Virus record (IMG/VR): IMGVR_UViG_3300037255_000025
Coordinates: 1 to 64,000 of that record
Source: a virus
Taxonomy: Duplodnaviria > Caudoviricetes
Strand: one strand, 5' to 3'
DNA length: 64,000 bases
In this document: positions 16,392 to 25,565 of the stretch, piece after piece
Layout of the letters: every line of letters starts with the position of its first letter
Numbering within the stretch: the first letter of the stretch is position 1
Program-made: the position numbers and the translations under genes
Notes under the pieces: model-generated
What the model was told of the DNA's origin: nothing
What the model saw: only the letters and a program-made list of their open reading frames with translations
Databases searched by the model: none

Positions 16392-18722
16392 ATGCCCGCC
16401 TCCGCCGTCACGGTCCAGCGCACCAACAGCCAGGTCAAGCCACTCAACACGCAGCCCAACACGACCTTGGGGTGCGTGCTGATCGCCCCCATGGGCCCCG
16501 TCGGGACCACCCAGCTCTGCCTGTCTTGGCAGGACTTCGCCACGTACTACGGCGGCTTTTCCGCCAACGCGACCGACGGACCTCTCCAGGTCAAGGCGCT
16601 GTTCGACGAAGCGGGGGACTCAGGCAACGTACAGCTTTACGTCTCGCGCGTCGTTCACTGCACGACCCCGGGCGACCCCACGACCAAGACCAGCGCGCCC
16701 GCGACGCTCAGTCTCCTGACCGCCGCGATCGTCGCGACCTCGGGGGCCGCGACGTCGGCCAACGCGTACCCCTGGGTTCTGGCGCCCAACCAGACGCTCG
16801 TCGTCTCGGTCGACGGCGGCGGCAACGTCACCAAGACCTTCACGGCGACCCAGGCGGCCCTGACGGGCTCGAACGCCGCAACGTTCGCGTTCACCAACGG
16901 GTGGCAGATCACGTTCACGATCGACGGCGTCGCTTACCCGACGTTCACGCTCGCGACCGCGATGTTCGCGACCATCGGGGCCGCGACCGCAATCGAGACC
17001 GTCGGGGCGTTCAACGCCTACTTCGCAGCCAACGCAGTCCCGGCGGTCGCGACCGTGGGTTCGGGCAACCACGTTGTCGTGACCGCGAATCAGGCCGGCT
17101 CCGGCAGCAGCGTCGCGCTCGCGAACCTCACCGGGACCCCCGTGACGGCCCTGGGTATGGGTACGCCTGCAACCGGTACGGGCAACGTCGCCAACATCGC
17201 GGCCGTCACGCTCTCCGAAGCCGAGAGCCTTGCCGGCAGCATCGCGGGCCTCACGGCGTCGACCGACGGCTCGGGCCACCTGGTGTTGACCAGCGAAACC
17301 ACTGGGACCAGCAGCAGCATCCAGATTCAGTCCGGCAGCACCGCCGTGGGCTTCAGCTTCGACAACACCGCCCACGCGGGCGTCGCCTCGGGCACCCAGG
17401 AGACGCTCGCGGTGGCGGGCAAGTGGGACGGCGTTTACGGTAACGGGCTGTCGATCGAAGTGTCGCCTCCGACGAGTGGCATCTCTACCGAGTTCAACCT
17501 GGCGGTCATCCAGAGCGGCGTCACGGCCGAATCGTGGGTCAACCTGTCGATGGACCCCAACTCGCCGCGGTACGCGCCCTACGTCATCGTGGGCCCCCCG
17601 ACGGTCAACGGCATCCCGGGGGCGAACCTCTCGGGCCAGTCGCCCTCGAACCTCATCAAGGTCACGGACCAGCTCCTGTACGAGGACGGCGGCGTCCCGC
17701 TGACGCTCGCGCGCCCCGCGGGCTCGGTCTCGCCGTCGACCGGCACGACCTTCGGCCCCATGACGGGCGGCAACGACGGCCTGGTCAGCATCGCGGACGC
17801 CGACTGGACCGGCAGCACCTCGGCCAACGGCCGCACGGGCCTGAGGGTCCTGGACCTCACGAACGACCTCGCGCTCGTCTTCGCGCCCGGGCGCGCGACC
17901 GCGGCGGTGCACAACGGCTTGGTCAATTACTGCGAGGTCGTGCGAAACGGCCTCTGCTACGCCGTGCTCGACACGCCCGCGAGCCTCTCGGCAACCGAGA
18001 TGGTCGCGTACGTCCAGACGACGGCGTTGCTCTCGGAAGTGTCCGAGATGGCGTCGATCTACTGGCCGCGCCTCCAGTTCGACAACCCCAACGTCGCCAT
18101 TTTCGGCCAGGCCGCGACGGTCGTCACGGGGCCCAGCGGGGCCATCTGTGGACTGTGTGCTCGGCTCGACGCTGCAAAGCCCGGCGGCGCCTTCACGCAC
18201 CCTGCGAGCATCGAGCTGGGCTACCTGTCGAGCGCGCGCGGCCTCGAGACCATCGGGGGCGTCGCGGAGGTCCAGGACATTTCCAAGCGCGGGCTCGTCT
18301 TCGACGCCCTCATCAACCCCATCATGGTCAAGACCGGCACGCCGGTCTACGTCGACGGCGCCCGCACGCTCAAGGACACCGGACCGTTCCCGACCGTGGG
18401 CGAGTCCCGCGGCGTGCTGAGCGTGCAGATCACCCTCACGGACGCGCTCGACCCCAAGCGCAACCAGAACCTCCGGCCGAAGCTCTACAACCAGATCACC
18501 ATGCTGGTGGAGAACTACCTGAAGGCGCTGACGAAGGCGGAGTGCTTCGCGACCAACGACGACGCCACGGCGTGGTTCTTCCAGGCCGGGCCCTCGGTCA
18601 ACACGCCCGCCGTCATGGCGAACCGCGAGATCCTCGCGCTCGTGGGCCTGGCGACGTCGCCGCCCGCGGAGCAGATCCTCTGCTTCATCTCGCCGTTCAC
18701 GGCACCCCCGACGAACGCCTAG
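16392..18722 (+). CDS. Contractile tail sheath protein
   Basis: GPVG...SWQDFATYYGGF, LYVSRV, GVYGNGLSIEV, YAVLDTP, IYWPRL, PSGAICGL.ARLD, INPI, VDGARTL. Confidence 0.93.
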   Translation: MPASAVTVQRTNSQVKPLNTQPNTTLGCVLIAPMGPVGTTQLCLSWQDFATYYGGFSANATDGPLQVKALFDEAGDSGNVQLYVSRVVHCTTPGDPTTKTSAPATLSLLTAAIVATSGAATSANAYPWVLAPNQTLVVSVDGGGNVTKTFTATQAALTGSNAATFAFTNGWQITFTIDGVAYPTFTLATAMFATIGAATAIETVGAFNAYFAANAVPAVATVGSGNHVVVTANQAGSGSSVALANLTGTPVTALGMGTPATGTGNVANIAAVTLSEAESLAGSIAGLTASTDGSGHLVLTSETTGTSSSIQIQSGSTAVGFSFDNTAHAGVASGTQETLAVAGKWDGVYGNGLSIEVSPPTSGISTEFNLAVIQSGVTAESWVNLSMDPNSPRYAPYVIVGPPTVNGIPGANLSGQSPSNLIKVTDQLLYEDGGVPLTLARPAGSVSPSTGTTFGPMTGGNDGLVSIADADWTGSTSANGRTGLRVLDLTNDLALVFAPGRATAAVHNGLVNYCEVVRNGLCYAVLDTPASLSATEMVAYVQTTALLSEVSEMASIYWPRLQFDNPNVAIFGQAATVVTGPSGAICGLCARLDAAKPGGAFTHPASIELGYLSSARGLETIGGVAEVQDISKRGLVFDALINPIMVKTGTPVYVDGARTLKDTGPFPTVGESRGVLSVQITLTDALDPKRNQNLRPKLYNQITMLVENYLKALTKAECFATNDDATAWFFQAGPSVNTPAVMANREILALVGLATSPPAEQILCFISPFTAPPTNA

Positions 18723-19008
18723 CCTCTCGCTCCAGTAGCTCCCCCGCAAGGTCGACCAGCTCGACCTCGTAGTATGCCGGCCAGAAGGTCAGGAAGGCCG
18801 GCGGGAACCGCGCGTACTCGGTGTCAACGCGGCTCCACGCCTGGCGCTCGGTCTCGAACGTGAGGGCCTTGGAGGCGTCCTCGGTCCAATACACCGGTGA
18901 GTCTCGGTACAGGTAGACCTGCCCCTGGACGTGTACTTCGGCGGGCCAATGTTGAAGGTAACGGCGCCCGGACTTGATGGCGTCCGTGCGCTTCAGGATC
19001 CACGTCAT
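18697..19008 (-). CDS. Hypothetical protein
   Basis: ATGA overlap with the upstream gene. Confidence 0.55.
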   Translation of the reverse strand: MTWILKRTDAIKSGRRYLQHWPAEVHVQGQVYLYRDSPVYWTEDASKALTFETERQAWSRVDTEYARFPPAFLTFWPAYYEVELVDLAGELLEREARRSSGVP

Positions 19009-19547
19009 CCGCCGCCAGTGACCGGGCCGCCCGCGCGTTTCCAGGTCTCGCCTCGGATGATGTAGCTGATGCAGCTCTGTTGCACACCATAACGTTGGGC
19101 GAGCCACGCCTGCGTCTTGGTTCCGGTCGCGTAAGCCTCGCGGATCTCCCTCACGATAATGGCCGTGAGGCGGAGGCGAGACTTGTGTTTCTTCGAGACC
19201 TTGATGGGTCCACCGACTTCGGGCCAAGTATCACCGAGGACGATGTCGCTGATGCAGCTCTGCTGCACGCCGTAGCGTCGCGCGAGTTGCTTCTGCGTGA
19301 TGTTCCCTTTGGCGTAGGCCTCGCGGATCGCCCGCACGACCTTGGCGTGAATCCGGGGACGCCCCCTTGAGACGACGATGGGCCCGCCGACCTCGGACCA
19401 GCTTTCGCCGCGAACGATGCACCCGATGTTGACCTGATGAACGCCGTACTTCTGTGCCAACGCAGCCTGCGTCGTGTCGCTCGACGTGTAGGCCTTACGG
19501 ATCGCGAGGACCTGCGCCGCCGTGAGCTTCGCCGTGTGGGTTTTCAT
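19005..19547 (-). CDS. Triple HTH-repeat DNA-binding protein (homing-endonuclease C-terminal repeats, no nuclease)
   Basis: Three copies of V..IR.AY......Q..LA..YGV.Q..I..I..G..W...GGP. Confidence 0.75.
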   Translation of the reverse strand: MKTHTAKLTAAQVLAIRKAYTSSDTTQAALAQKYGVHQVNIGCIVRGESWSEVGGPIVVSRGRPRIHAKVVRAIREAYAKGNITQKQLARRYGVQQSCISDIVLGDTWPEVGGPIKVSKKHKSRLRLTAIIVREIREAYATGTKTQAWLAQRYGVQQSCISYIIRGETWKRAGGPVTGGG

Positions 19548-19575
19548 ACGATATCCGGGGCGGAAACCCCGTCCT

Positions 19576-19998
19576 TCAGGACGGGGAGGAGCCCCTCTGG
19601 GCCGCGACATACTGCTTGACGATCTCGAGCGGGACTCCGCCACACGAGACCGCGCAGTACGACGGTGACCAGAAGTGCGGTCCCCACAGTTTGCGTTCCA
19701 CATCGGGCAGTCGAGCCGCCCGAAGCCTGCGGGCAGAGACGCCCTTGAGCGAGTTCACGAGCGTCGAAAGCGAGACCTTCGGCGGGAAGCCGACGAGCAG
19801 GTGCACGTGGTCGACCTCGTAGCCCGTCTCGCGAAGCTCGCACTCGAAGTCCTCGCAGACCGCCTGCCACGAGGCCCGCAGGATCTCGAAGACCTGCGGC
19901 GTGAGGACTCGCCGCCTGTACTTTGGCACGAAGACCAAGTGAGCGGTAAGCGAGTAAACGACGTGACGGCCCGTGCGGAAGTCGCTGGCGTGAGGCAC
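19576..19998 (-). CDS. tnpA: IS200/IS605 HUH (Y1) transposase
   Basis: HLVFVPKYRR, DHVHLL, FWSPSY, QYVAAQ. Confidence 0.95.
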   Translation of the reverse strand: MPHASDFRTGRHVVYSLTAHLVFVPKYRRRVLTPQVFEILRASWQAVCEDFECELRETGYEVDHVHLLVGFPPKVSLSTLVNSLKGVSARRLRAARLPDVERKLWGPHFWSPSYCAVSCGGVPLEIVKQYVAAQRGSSPS

Positions 19999-20020
19999 AG
20001 ACCAAGCTATGCTCTGCGTT

Positions 20021-21220
20021 GTGCGCGTCAGCAAGGCGTTTCGGTTCCGCGTCTACCCGACGCCCGAGCAAGTCGAGCGCCTCCACGCCTGGCAGTCGGC
20101 CCTTCGCTTCCTTTGGAACCTCGGACTCGAACAACGCCGCATCGGTCTCGCGCGGTGCGGCGAGGACAAGCGCTACCCGACGGCGTTCGACCAGATCAAC
20201 GAACTGACCGCGCTCCGCGCCGAGTTGCCGTGGCTCGCGGACGTGCCGCGGAACGTCTGCGCCCAGCTCCTCGTCGAGCTCGATAAGGCGTGGTCCCGCT
20301 GCTTCGCGAGGCTCGCACGAGCGCCACGCTGGAAGCGGAAGGGCCTCGACGCGCTCGGCTTCTGCGAACCTCACCCGAAGGTGTGGCGTCTCGACGGCGA
20401 GATGATCCGCTTCCCAAAGCTCGGCAATCTCCGCGCCGTCGTCCACCGCGAGCCCATCGGCAAGCCGAAGACGTGCACCCTGCGCGAAGAAGCTGGGCAG
20501 TGGTTCACGAGCCTGATCTACGAGACCGAGGTCGCCGAGACCATCGCCCGAACGTCGCCCGTCGTCGCGCTCGACCGCGGCGTGGTCAACCTCGTCGCCG
20601 ACAGCGACGGCAGCATCACCGAGAACCCGAAGCACCTGGACGCGACCGCGAAGCGGCTCGCTCGCGCCCAACAAAACGTCAGCCGCAAGAAGAAGGGATC
20701 GAAGAACAGGGAGAAGGCCAAGCACCGCGTCGCCGTCCTCCACCGCAAGGTGCGACGTCAACGCGACCACGTGCTCCACAACATCTCGGCGAGGCTGAGC
20801 AAGAGCCACGCGATCGTCGTCGTCGAGAAACTCCAGATCGGCAACATGGTGAAGGCGAACCGCGGCCTCGCGAGGAGCATCCTCGGCGCTGGCTGGGGGC
20901 GCCTTGTCGAGCAGCTCAGGTACAAGACCGCGGCGCTCGGTGGCGCCGTCGTAGAGGTGCCGGCCGCCTACAGTTCGCAGACCTGCCACGGGTGCGGACA
21001 CGTCGACGCTGAGAGCCGCAAGGCTCAAGCCGTCTTCGAGTGCGTGGGGTGTGGTCTCTGCGAGCATGCTGATCTCAACGCAGCGAAGGTGCTGCTCCAA
21101 CGATTTGAACGCCGTGCGAATCGCTCGGTGCTGCCTGGTGAGGCTTCGGGATTGCCCGGCCTGCGACCCAGGAAACGGTTGCGTACGTTTCGACGTGCCT
21201 CCGAAAGCTCCGCCCTTTAG
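20021..21220 (+). CDS. tnpB: TnpB RNA-guided endonuclease
   Basis: RuvC ALDRG / VVEKL / ADLNAA and Zn finger CHGCG..CVGCG are intact. Confidence 0.95.
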   Translation: MRVSKAFRFRVYPTPEQVERLHAWQSALRFLWNLGLEQRRIGLARCGEDKRYPTAFDQINELTALRAELPWLADVPRNVCAQLLVELDKAWSRCFARLARAPRWKRKGLDALGFCEPHPKVWRLDGEMIRFPKLGNLRAVVHREPIGKPKTCTLREEAGQWFTSLIYETEVAETIARTSPVVALDRGVVNLVADSDGSITENPKHLDATAKRLARAQQNVSRKKKGSKNREKAKHRVAVLHRKVRRQRDHVLHNISARLSKSHAIVVVEKLQIGNMVKANRGLARSILGAGWGRLVEQLRYKTAALGGAVVEVPAAYSSQTCHGCGHVDAESRKAQAVFECVGCGLCEHADLNAAKVLLQRFERRANRSVLPGEASGLPGLRPRKRLRTFRRASESSAL

Positions 21221-21231
21221 GGCGGCGTTGA

Positions 21232-21579
21232 TTACCGTCCTCGGCCCGTTTCCGTTGCTGTCGCGACGCAGTCCAGAAGTACGTCGAGCTTAAGGTGCCG
21301 CGAGTTCGCGGGGTCGAGCGCACGGCCGAGGTCGCGCTGGAGCGCGAGCAGCACCGATGGGCTCGCGCACGCAAACGCAGGCGGACCGCATGACTGACCG
21401 CCGTTCTCGCTCTTGTGCGCAAGCGCCTTCTGAACTTCGTGGAGCTGGTCGCAAATCAGCAGCCGGGCCCACGCAAGCTCGCGCGCCAACGCCTCGACCA
21501 GCTCGGTCGCGTCGGGCCGCGACGCGGGGCCGGAGCCGCCCGCCAGGTACTCAGCGGCACCCTTTAGCGCGCAGCTCAT
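21232..21579 (-). CDS. Hypothetical protein (stop codon supplied by the IS end)
   Basis: Coupled to 21576-21767. Confidence 0.5.
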   Translation of the reverse strand: MSCALKGAAEYLAGGSGPASRPDATELVEALARELAWARLLICDQLHEVQKALAHKSENGGQSCGPPAFACASPSVLLALQRDLGRALDPANSRHLKLDVLLDCVATATETGRGR

Positions 21580-21767
21580 CGAGCGCACCAGAGCGTCGCG
21601 ACGAGCGACGTGACCGTGATGCCCCAACAAGCCCAGGCCCAGTTGACGCGACGGTAGCGCCCGACGGTCTCACCCGCCCGCACGATCGGTTTCCACGACG
21701 CGTTGTAGACGCCGAGGAAGAAGAACAACATGGACGTGCTGCACAGAATCTTGGCCGCGATTCTCAT
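21576..21767 (-). CDS. Small two-TM protein
   Basis: ATG 6 nt after GAAG-N15-TAAGAG. Confidence 0.55.
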   Translation of the reverse strand: MRIAAKILCSTSMLFFFLGVYNASWKPIVRAGETVGRYRRVNWAWACWGITVTSLVATLWCAR

Positions 21768-21773
21768 TGAGGG

Positions 21774-21798
21774 CTCTTACCCCGTCGGGGTCGGCTTC
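21774..21798 (-). promoter_or_regulatory. Conserved ECF-like promoter motif
   Basis: GAAG-N15-TAAGAG-N6-ATG; its TAA is the HNH stop codon. Confidence 0.65.
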
Positions 21799-22589
21799 GG
21801 TCCAAGTACGCGCAACACGTAGCTCGAAGTACACCCGCGTCCGATCTTCTTTGCGATATCGGTTCGCAGCTCCCCCGCCGCGTCCATGGCCTTCATACAC
21901 CTTACATCGGCTTCAGTGGCGTAGAACCTCGGGCGTTTCGGCTGGATCGGACCGCCCGCTTCGGACCAAGTATCACCAAGAAGAATCATACAAATAGTCG
22001 CCTGACGGACCCCGTGCTTTTCCGCGAGCTGCCTCTGCGTTACCACGCCGGCCGCGTAAGCCACGCGCATCGCGAGTACGTCAGCCGTCGTGAGCAGCCT
22101 AGGGGCGCCTTTTGACGGCCGCGTAGGGCCGCCGACGTGCTGCCAGCTATCGCCCCGAACGATGGAGCTGATGTTGACCTGCTCGACGCCGTACCGCTCG
22201 GCAAGCGCTTCCTGCGTTACGTCCCCGACCGCGTAGGCCTCGCGAATCTCAAGAACCAGCGCAGCCGTGAGCTTCGTCGTGTTGGTCGTCTCGGCCTTTG
22301 CCATGTCCTGCGCGTTCTGCTTCGGCGTCCCCTCGTAGAGGTGGGCGGGATTGCAGCACCAAGGGTTGTTACAGAGGTGGTTCGCCTGTAGTTCGGAGAG
22401 GATTTCGCGGCCTAGTTTGATAGAAAGAGCTACGCGGCTTGCGAGCTGGCCTTGCTTACCTCGCCACGACAGGGCGCCGTACCCTGCGGCATGGCGCCCC
22501 CTCGTCCAAGGCCAGCAAGCGCCCGGGCCGCCGCTGCGATCGACTGCCGCCCAGAACTCTTCCTCGGTCTTAGCGGTTGCCTTCGTCAT
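21777..22589 (-). CDS. HNH homing endonuclease with C-terminal HTH repeats
   Basis: CWPW...GYG...HLCNNPWCCNPAHLYEGTPKQNAQD. Confidence 0.9.
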   Translation of the reverse strand: MTKATAKTEEEFWAAVDRSGGPGACWPWTRGRHAAGYGALSWRGKQGQLASRVALSIKLGREILSELQANHLCNNPWCCNPAHLYEGTPKQNAQDMAKAETTNTTKLTAALVLEIREAYAVGDVTQEALAERYGVEQVNISSIVRGDSWQHVGGPTRPSKGAPRLLTTADVLAMRVAYAAGVVTQRQLAEKHGVRQATICMILLGDTWSEAGGPIQPKRPRFYATEADVRCMKAMDAAGELRTDIAKKIGRGCTSSYVLRVLGPKPTPTG

Positions 22590-22597
22590 GGTTCAGG

Positions 22598-22623
22598 TTC
22601 TTACCTTGCGCTGGGCAGGTTTC
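22598..22623 (-). promoter_or_regulatory. Conserved ECF-like promoter motif (HNH)
   Basis: GAAAC-N15-TAAGAA-N8-ATG. Confidence 0.65.
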
Positions 22624-22629
22624 GCCTGA

Positions 22630-22635
22630 TAACCT
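22630..22635 (+). promoter_or_regulatory. Extended -10 box, leaderless (tube)
   Basis: TGA-TAACCT-N7-ATG. Confidence 0.55.
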
Positions 22636-22642
22636 TCCCGCC

Positions 22643-23092
22643 ATGCCTGTCATTGGTCAGCCGCTTTCCTACCAACAAAAATGGGCTTTCCAGGTCGAGA
22701 TCGACAGCGTCATCGTCGGCGGCTTCACCAAGGCCGGCCCGCTGAAGCAGTCGTTCGGCCTGGCTGAGCAGGAAGAGGGCGGCCAGATCACCGTCGTCGA
22801 CATCACGCCCACGAAGTTCAAGACCGAGCCCCTCACGCTCGAGCGCGGTGGTTCGAACAACGTCGAGCTGTGGAACTGGTGGCTCAACCAGAAGCAGGGC
22901 ATCATCGACAAGCGCAACGTCAGCGTGTGCGGGCAAGACGCCCAGGGCAACGTCACGACGCGCTGGAACTATGTGAACTGCGTCCTCAAGGAGTTCGAGG
23001 CGGGCGACTTCGACGCCAAGAACGAGACCGAGAACATCATCGAGAAGATGGTGTTGCAGGCCACGGACATGAACCGCGTCCCGGGTCCGTGA
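22643..23092 (+). CDS. Tail tube protein (T4 gp19-like)
   Basis: FQVEID...GFT...EGG...LTLERG...LWNW...KRNVS...RWN...GDFDA...IE. Confidence 0.9.
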   Translation: MPVIGQPLSYQQKWAFQVEIDSVIVGGFTKAGPLKQSFGLAEQEEGGQITVVDITPTKFKTEPLTLERGGSNNVELWNWWLNQKQGIIDKRNVSVCGQDAQGNVTTRWNYVNCVLKEFEAGDFDAKNETENIIEKMVLQATDMNRVPGP

Positions 23093-23160
23093 CGACGCGA
23101 GACATCTAGGACTAGGACGAGACCCGCACCGCTGAAGTCGGTAGGTACCAAGGAGTAACA

Positions 23161-23409
23161 TTGACGGGCGCTGAAATCTTTGGGGTCGTCGGTGTCTGCC
23201 TCGGGTTGCCCGCCACGCTCGGCGCGATCCTCTCGCTTATCACGACGCGCCGAGAGCACGAGGCGTTGGTCAAGCGGGTCGACCAGCTCGAGGTCGCCAC
23301 AGACAAGCGCCTCGACCGAGTCGAGGCCGAGGCGGGCAGCGCGTCGCGCGATCTGTCGGCGACGTCGCGCGACGTCGTCCGGGCCCTCACCTTGCTAGGC
23401 AAGGGATAA
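23161..23409 (+). CDS. TM plus coiled-coil small protein
   Basis: AAGGAG RBS, TTG start, hydrophobic N-terminus. Confidence 0.55.
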   Translation: MTGAEIFGVVGVCLGLPATLGAILSLITTRREHEALVKRVDQLEVATDKRLDRVEAEAGSASRDLSATSRDVVRALTLLGKG

Positions 23410-23413
23410 CGCT

Positions 23414-23830
23414 ATGCCGACACCCCCGGGAATCAGGAGCATGACGCCAGCTCGCCACCTGCGCGTGGTCTCGAGGGCGCTCCTCGAAAAGGTACGGGAG
23501 GTGTCGGGCACCACCCCCCCGATGCGTGACTTGCTGGAGTCCAGCTCGAACATCGAGCTGACCCCGGAGGAGCGCGAGACCGTCGAGGCGTACCGCACCG
23601 GAACGCTCCGGCCGCCCTCGCCGACGCCCGAACCCGCCCCGCGCAGCACGCGACCGATCGCCGCGATGGCGGCGTGCATGCTGCGCCTCGCCCAGGAGCA
23701 GGAGGGGGGTGTCGAGCCGGAGCTGCTTGCCCGGATCAACACGGCACACCCCTGCCCCGCGGAGGGCATCTGCCCCTTCTCCGGGGACCGCTGCCCCGTG
23801 CACTCCGCGGCGACAAGCAAGCGCGCCTGA
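23414..23830 (+). CDS. Hypothetical protein with Cys-rich C-terminus
   Basis: ORF in operon context. Confidence 0.45.
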   Translation: MPTPPGIRSMTPARHLRVVSRALLEKVREVSGTTPPMRDLLESSSNIELTPEERETVEAYRTGTLRPPSPTPEPAPRSTRPIAAMAACMLRLAQEQEGGVEPELLARINTAHPCPAEGICPFSGDRCPVHSAATSKRA

Positions 23831-23916
23831 ACGTGACGCGGCGTTGCCACGACCGAGTCGGCGCGTCGCACCCACTAGCGCTTGCGTTTAAGTTCTAGAA
23901 CGCGCAACAGTAGCGC

Positions 23917-24759
23917 ATGCTGATCGAGCTACCCAGCGGTCTGAAGGGCGAGGCGCGGAAGATCCGGGGCGCGGAAGCGATCGAGCTGGCGGAGCGCGCG
24001 GGTCAGGCTGGGGGCAACTCCCTGGGGTCGATCCTGCGGGGCTGCTGGCAGCGAACGATCGACCCCGGCCCGTACGCCCACACGGTCGCGGGCGAACAGG
24101 CGCTCGACTGGAATCGCGTTCTCAAGGGGGACCTGCTCGCGGGGCTCATCGCGCTCCGCGCGGCCTCGATCCCGTCGGTGCGAGATGTCCCGCCCGGCGA
24201 ACCCTGGCCCGGTAAGCAGTACAGCTTCTACGTCCAGTGCGAGCGGTGCCAGACCAAGTACGGCTGGACCGTCAACGACATCGTCCATGACCTGCCCCGT
24301 CGGGAGCTGTCCCCGGAGAGCGTCGAGCAGCTCCGCGCGGGCAGGCCGTTCACCGCCACCGCCACGGACGACGACGGCCACGCGCACGAGCTGACGTTCG
24401 ACCTGATGCTGCCCGAGCAGGACGACGTCTTGCGCGTGCTGCTCAAGACGCTCAACCGCAAGCGCATCACGACCGTCGAGAGCCTCGCGGCCCAGACGCG
24501 CACGGTCAACGGCAAGACCATGGCGCCGGTCTTCCGCCAGCGCTTCTTCGCCCAGCTCCCGCTGGGTGAGCTGAACCGTCTGCGCGACCTCTTCGACACC
24601 GCGGACTGCGGCATCGACTTGGACTTCGAGTCCCGGTGCACCAACCCGGACTGCGGTTGGGAGCAAGACGTGACGCTCCCTTTCGACAAAACGTTCTGGC
24701 GCCCCGACTTGGCGCCAGCAAAGAAGGCACCGGAGCCGTCGCCCGACCCCGAGGCGTAG
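23917..24759 (+). CDS. Tail assembly chaperone / T4 gp26-like protein
   Basis: IELPSG, LIALR..S, CERC and CTNPDCG...VTLPFDKTFW; between tube and tape measure. Confidence 0.7.
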   Translation: MLIELPSGLKGEARKIRGAEAIELAERAGQAGGNSLGSILRGCWQRTIDPGPYAHTVAGEQALDWNRVLKGDLLAGLIALRAASIPSVRDVPPGEPWPGKQYSFYVQCERCQTKYGWTVNDIVHDLPRRELSPESVEQLRAGRPFTATATDDDGHAHELTFDLMLPEQDDVLRVLLKTLNRKRITTVESLAAQTRTVNGKTMAPVFRQRFFAQLPLGELNRLRDLFDTADCGIDLDFESRCTNPDCGWEQDVTLPFDKTFWRPDLAPAKKAPEPSPDPEA

Positions 24760-24800
24760 CGCCCGAAGAGGACGACGGTGTCTGGGATGAGTGCGGCGCG

Positions 24801-25004
24801 ATGGTGCGCGGCATCTTCTCGGACTTGTCGGCCGAGTGGTGGGAAGCTGCATGCTTCGAGCTGTGCTGGCACCAACACGGGGGCTCGGGCCTGGGTCGTA
24901 GCTACCAGGACTTGCTCGTGATGCCGGTCGACACGATCCAGCGCGAGCTACAGCGACAGGATCGGCGACGCTCCGCCGAGGCCGACGCAATGCGGTCGCG
25001 CTAG
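24801..25004 (+). CDS. Second chaperone-like ORF (-1 frame relative to the chaperone)
   Basis: FELCWHQHGGSGLG..YQDLLVMP; frame open from 24636. Confidence 0.55.
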   Translation: MVRGIFSDLSAEWWEAACFELCWHQHGGSGLGRSYQDLLVMPVDTIQRELQRQDRRRSAEADAMRSR

Positions 25005-25013
25005 GCTTGGCGA

Positions 25014-25556
25014 ATGTCGATCAAGCTCACGGGAGACTGGCCGAAGGCCCGAGCGCTCAAGGACGTCGTCAGCAAGGCGCTCGAGGTCTCGCTGGCGCGC
25101 GAGGCTGACCTGCTGGGCGAGAACATGCGCGCCGGGATCGCGTCGGGCCACCCCGGCGGGACCACGCTGGCCCCGTTGCACCCGCTAACGGCCGCGCTCA
25201 AGGGCAACTCTATCCCGCTGGCCGGGATGGAACGCTGGATCCAGGTCAAGAAAGTCGACCGGTTCCACTACTTCATCGGCATGGTCGACCCCGAGGGCGC
25301 GTGGATCGGCGCGATCCACGAGGAGGGCCGCACCTGGACCCAGGTCTGGACGGAGCGTCAACGTCGCTGGTTTTTTTCGCAACTGTCGCGTTTTGGCCTG
25401 CTCGACCGCTCGGCTCCGAGGGGTTCAACGGGCGGCAACGGTGAGGTCACGCACGTCATCCCACCGCGTCCGTGGCTCCAGCCCACGGCAGACCAGCAAC
25501 TCCCTGCAGCACGCCAGCGCATCTCTGCCGACGTCATCAAGGCCGTTCTGGGCTAA
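25014..25556 (+). CDS. Neck / tail completion protein (virion morphogenesis family)
   Basis: LAPLHPLT, GAIHEEG, VIPPRPWLQP. Confidence 0.75.
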   Translation: MSIKLTGDWPKARALKDVVSKALEVSLAREADLLGENMRAGIASGHPGGTTLAPLHPLTAALKGNSIPLAGMERWIQVKKVDRFHYFIGMVDPEGAWIGAIHEEGRTWTQVWTERQRRWFFSQLSRFGLLDRSAPRGSTGGNGEVTHVIPPRPWLQPTADQQLPAARQRISADVIKAVLG

Positions 25557-25565
25557 CGCCGCGGG

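Larger units (their letters stand above)
19548..21235 (+). mobile_element. IS605-type element (divergent tnpA/tnpB), target TCAT
   Basis: LE hairpin CCCCGTCCTTCAGGACGGGG with GAAA guide at +16..+19 after TCAT; RE hairpin CCGCCCTTTAGGGCGG with AAAG guide, ending TTAC. Confidence 0.9.

Noticed and set aside
16620-18749. Long antisense or alternate-frame ORFs (e.g. 16620-18749, 34235-36253, 27124-28821, 1391-2695)
   Set aside because: Shadow ORFs typical of high-GC DNA overlapping well-supported genes.
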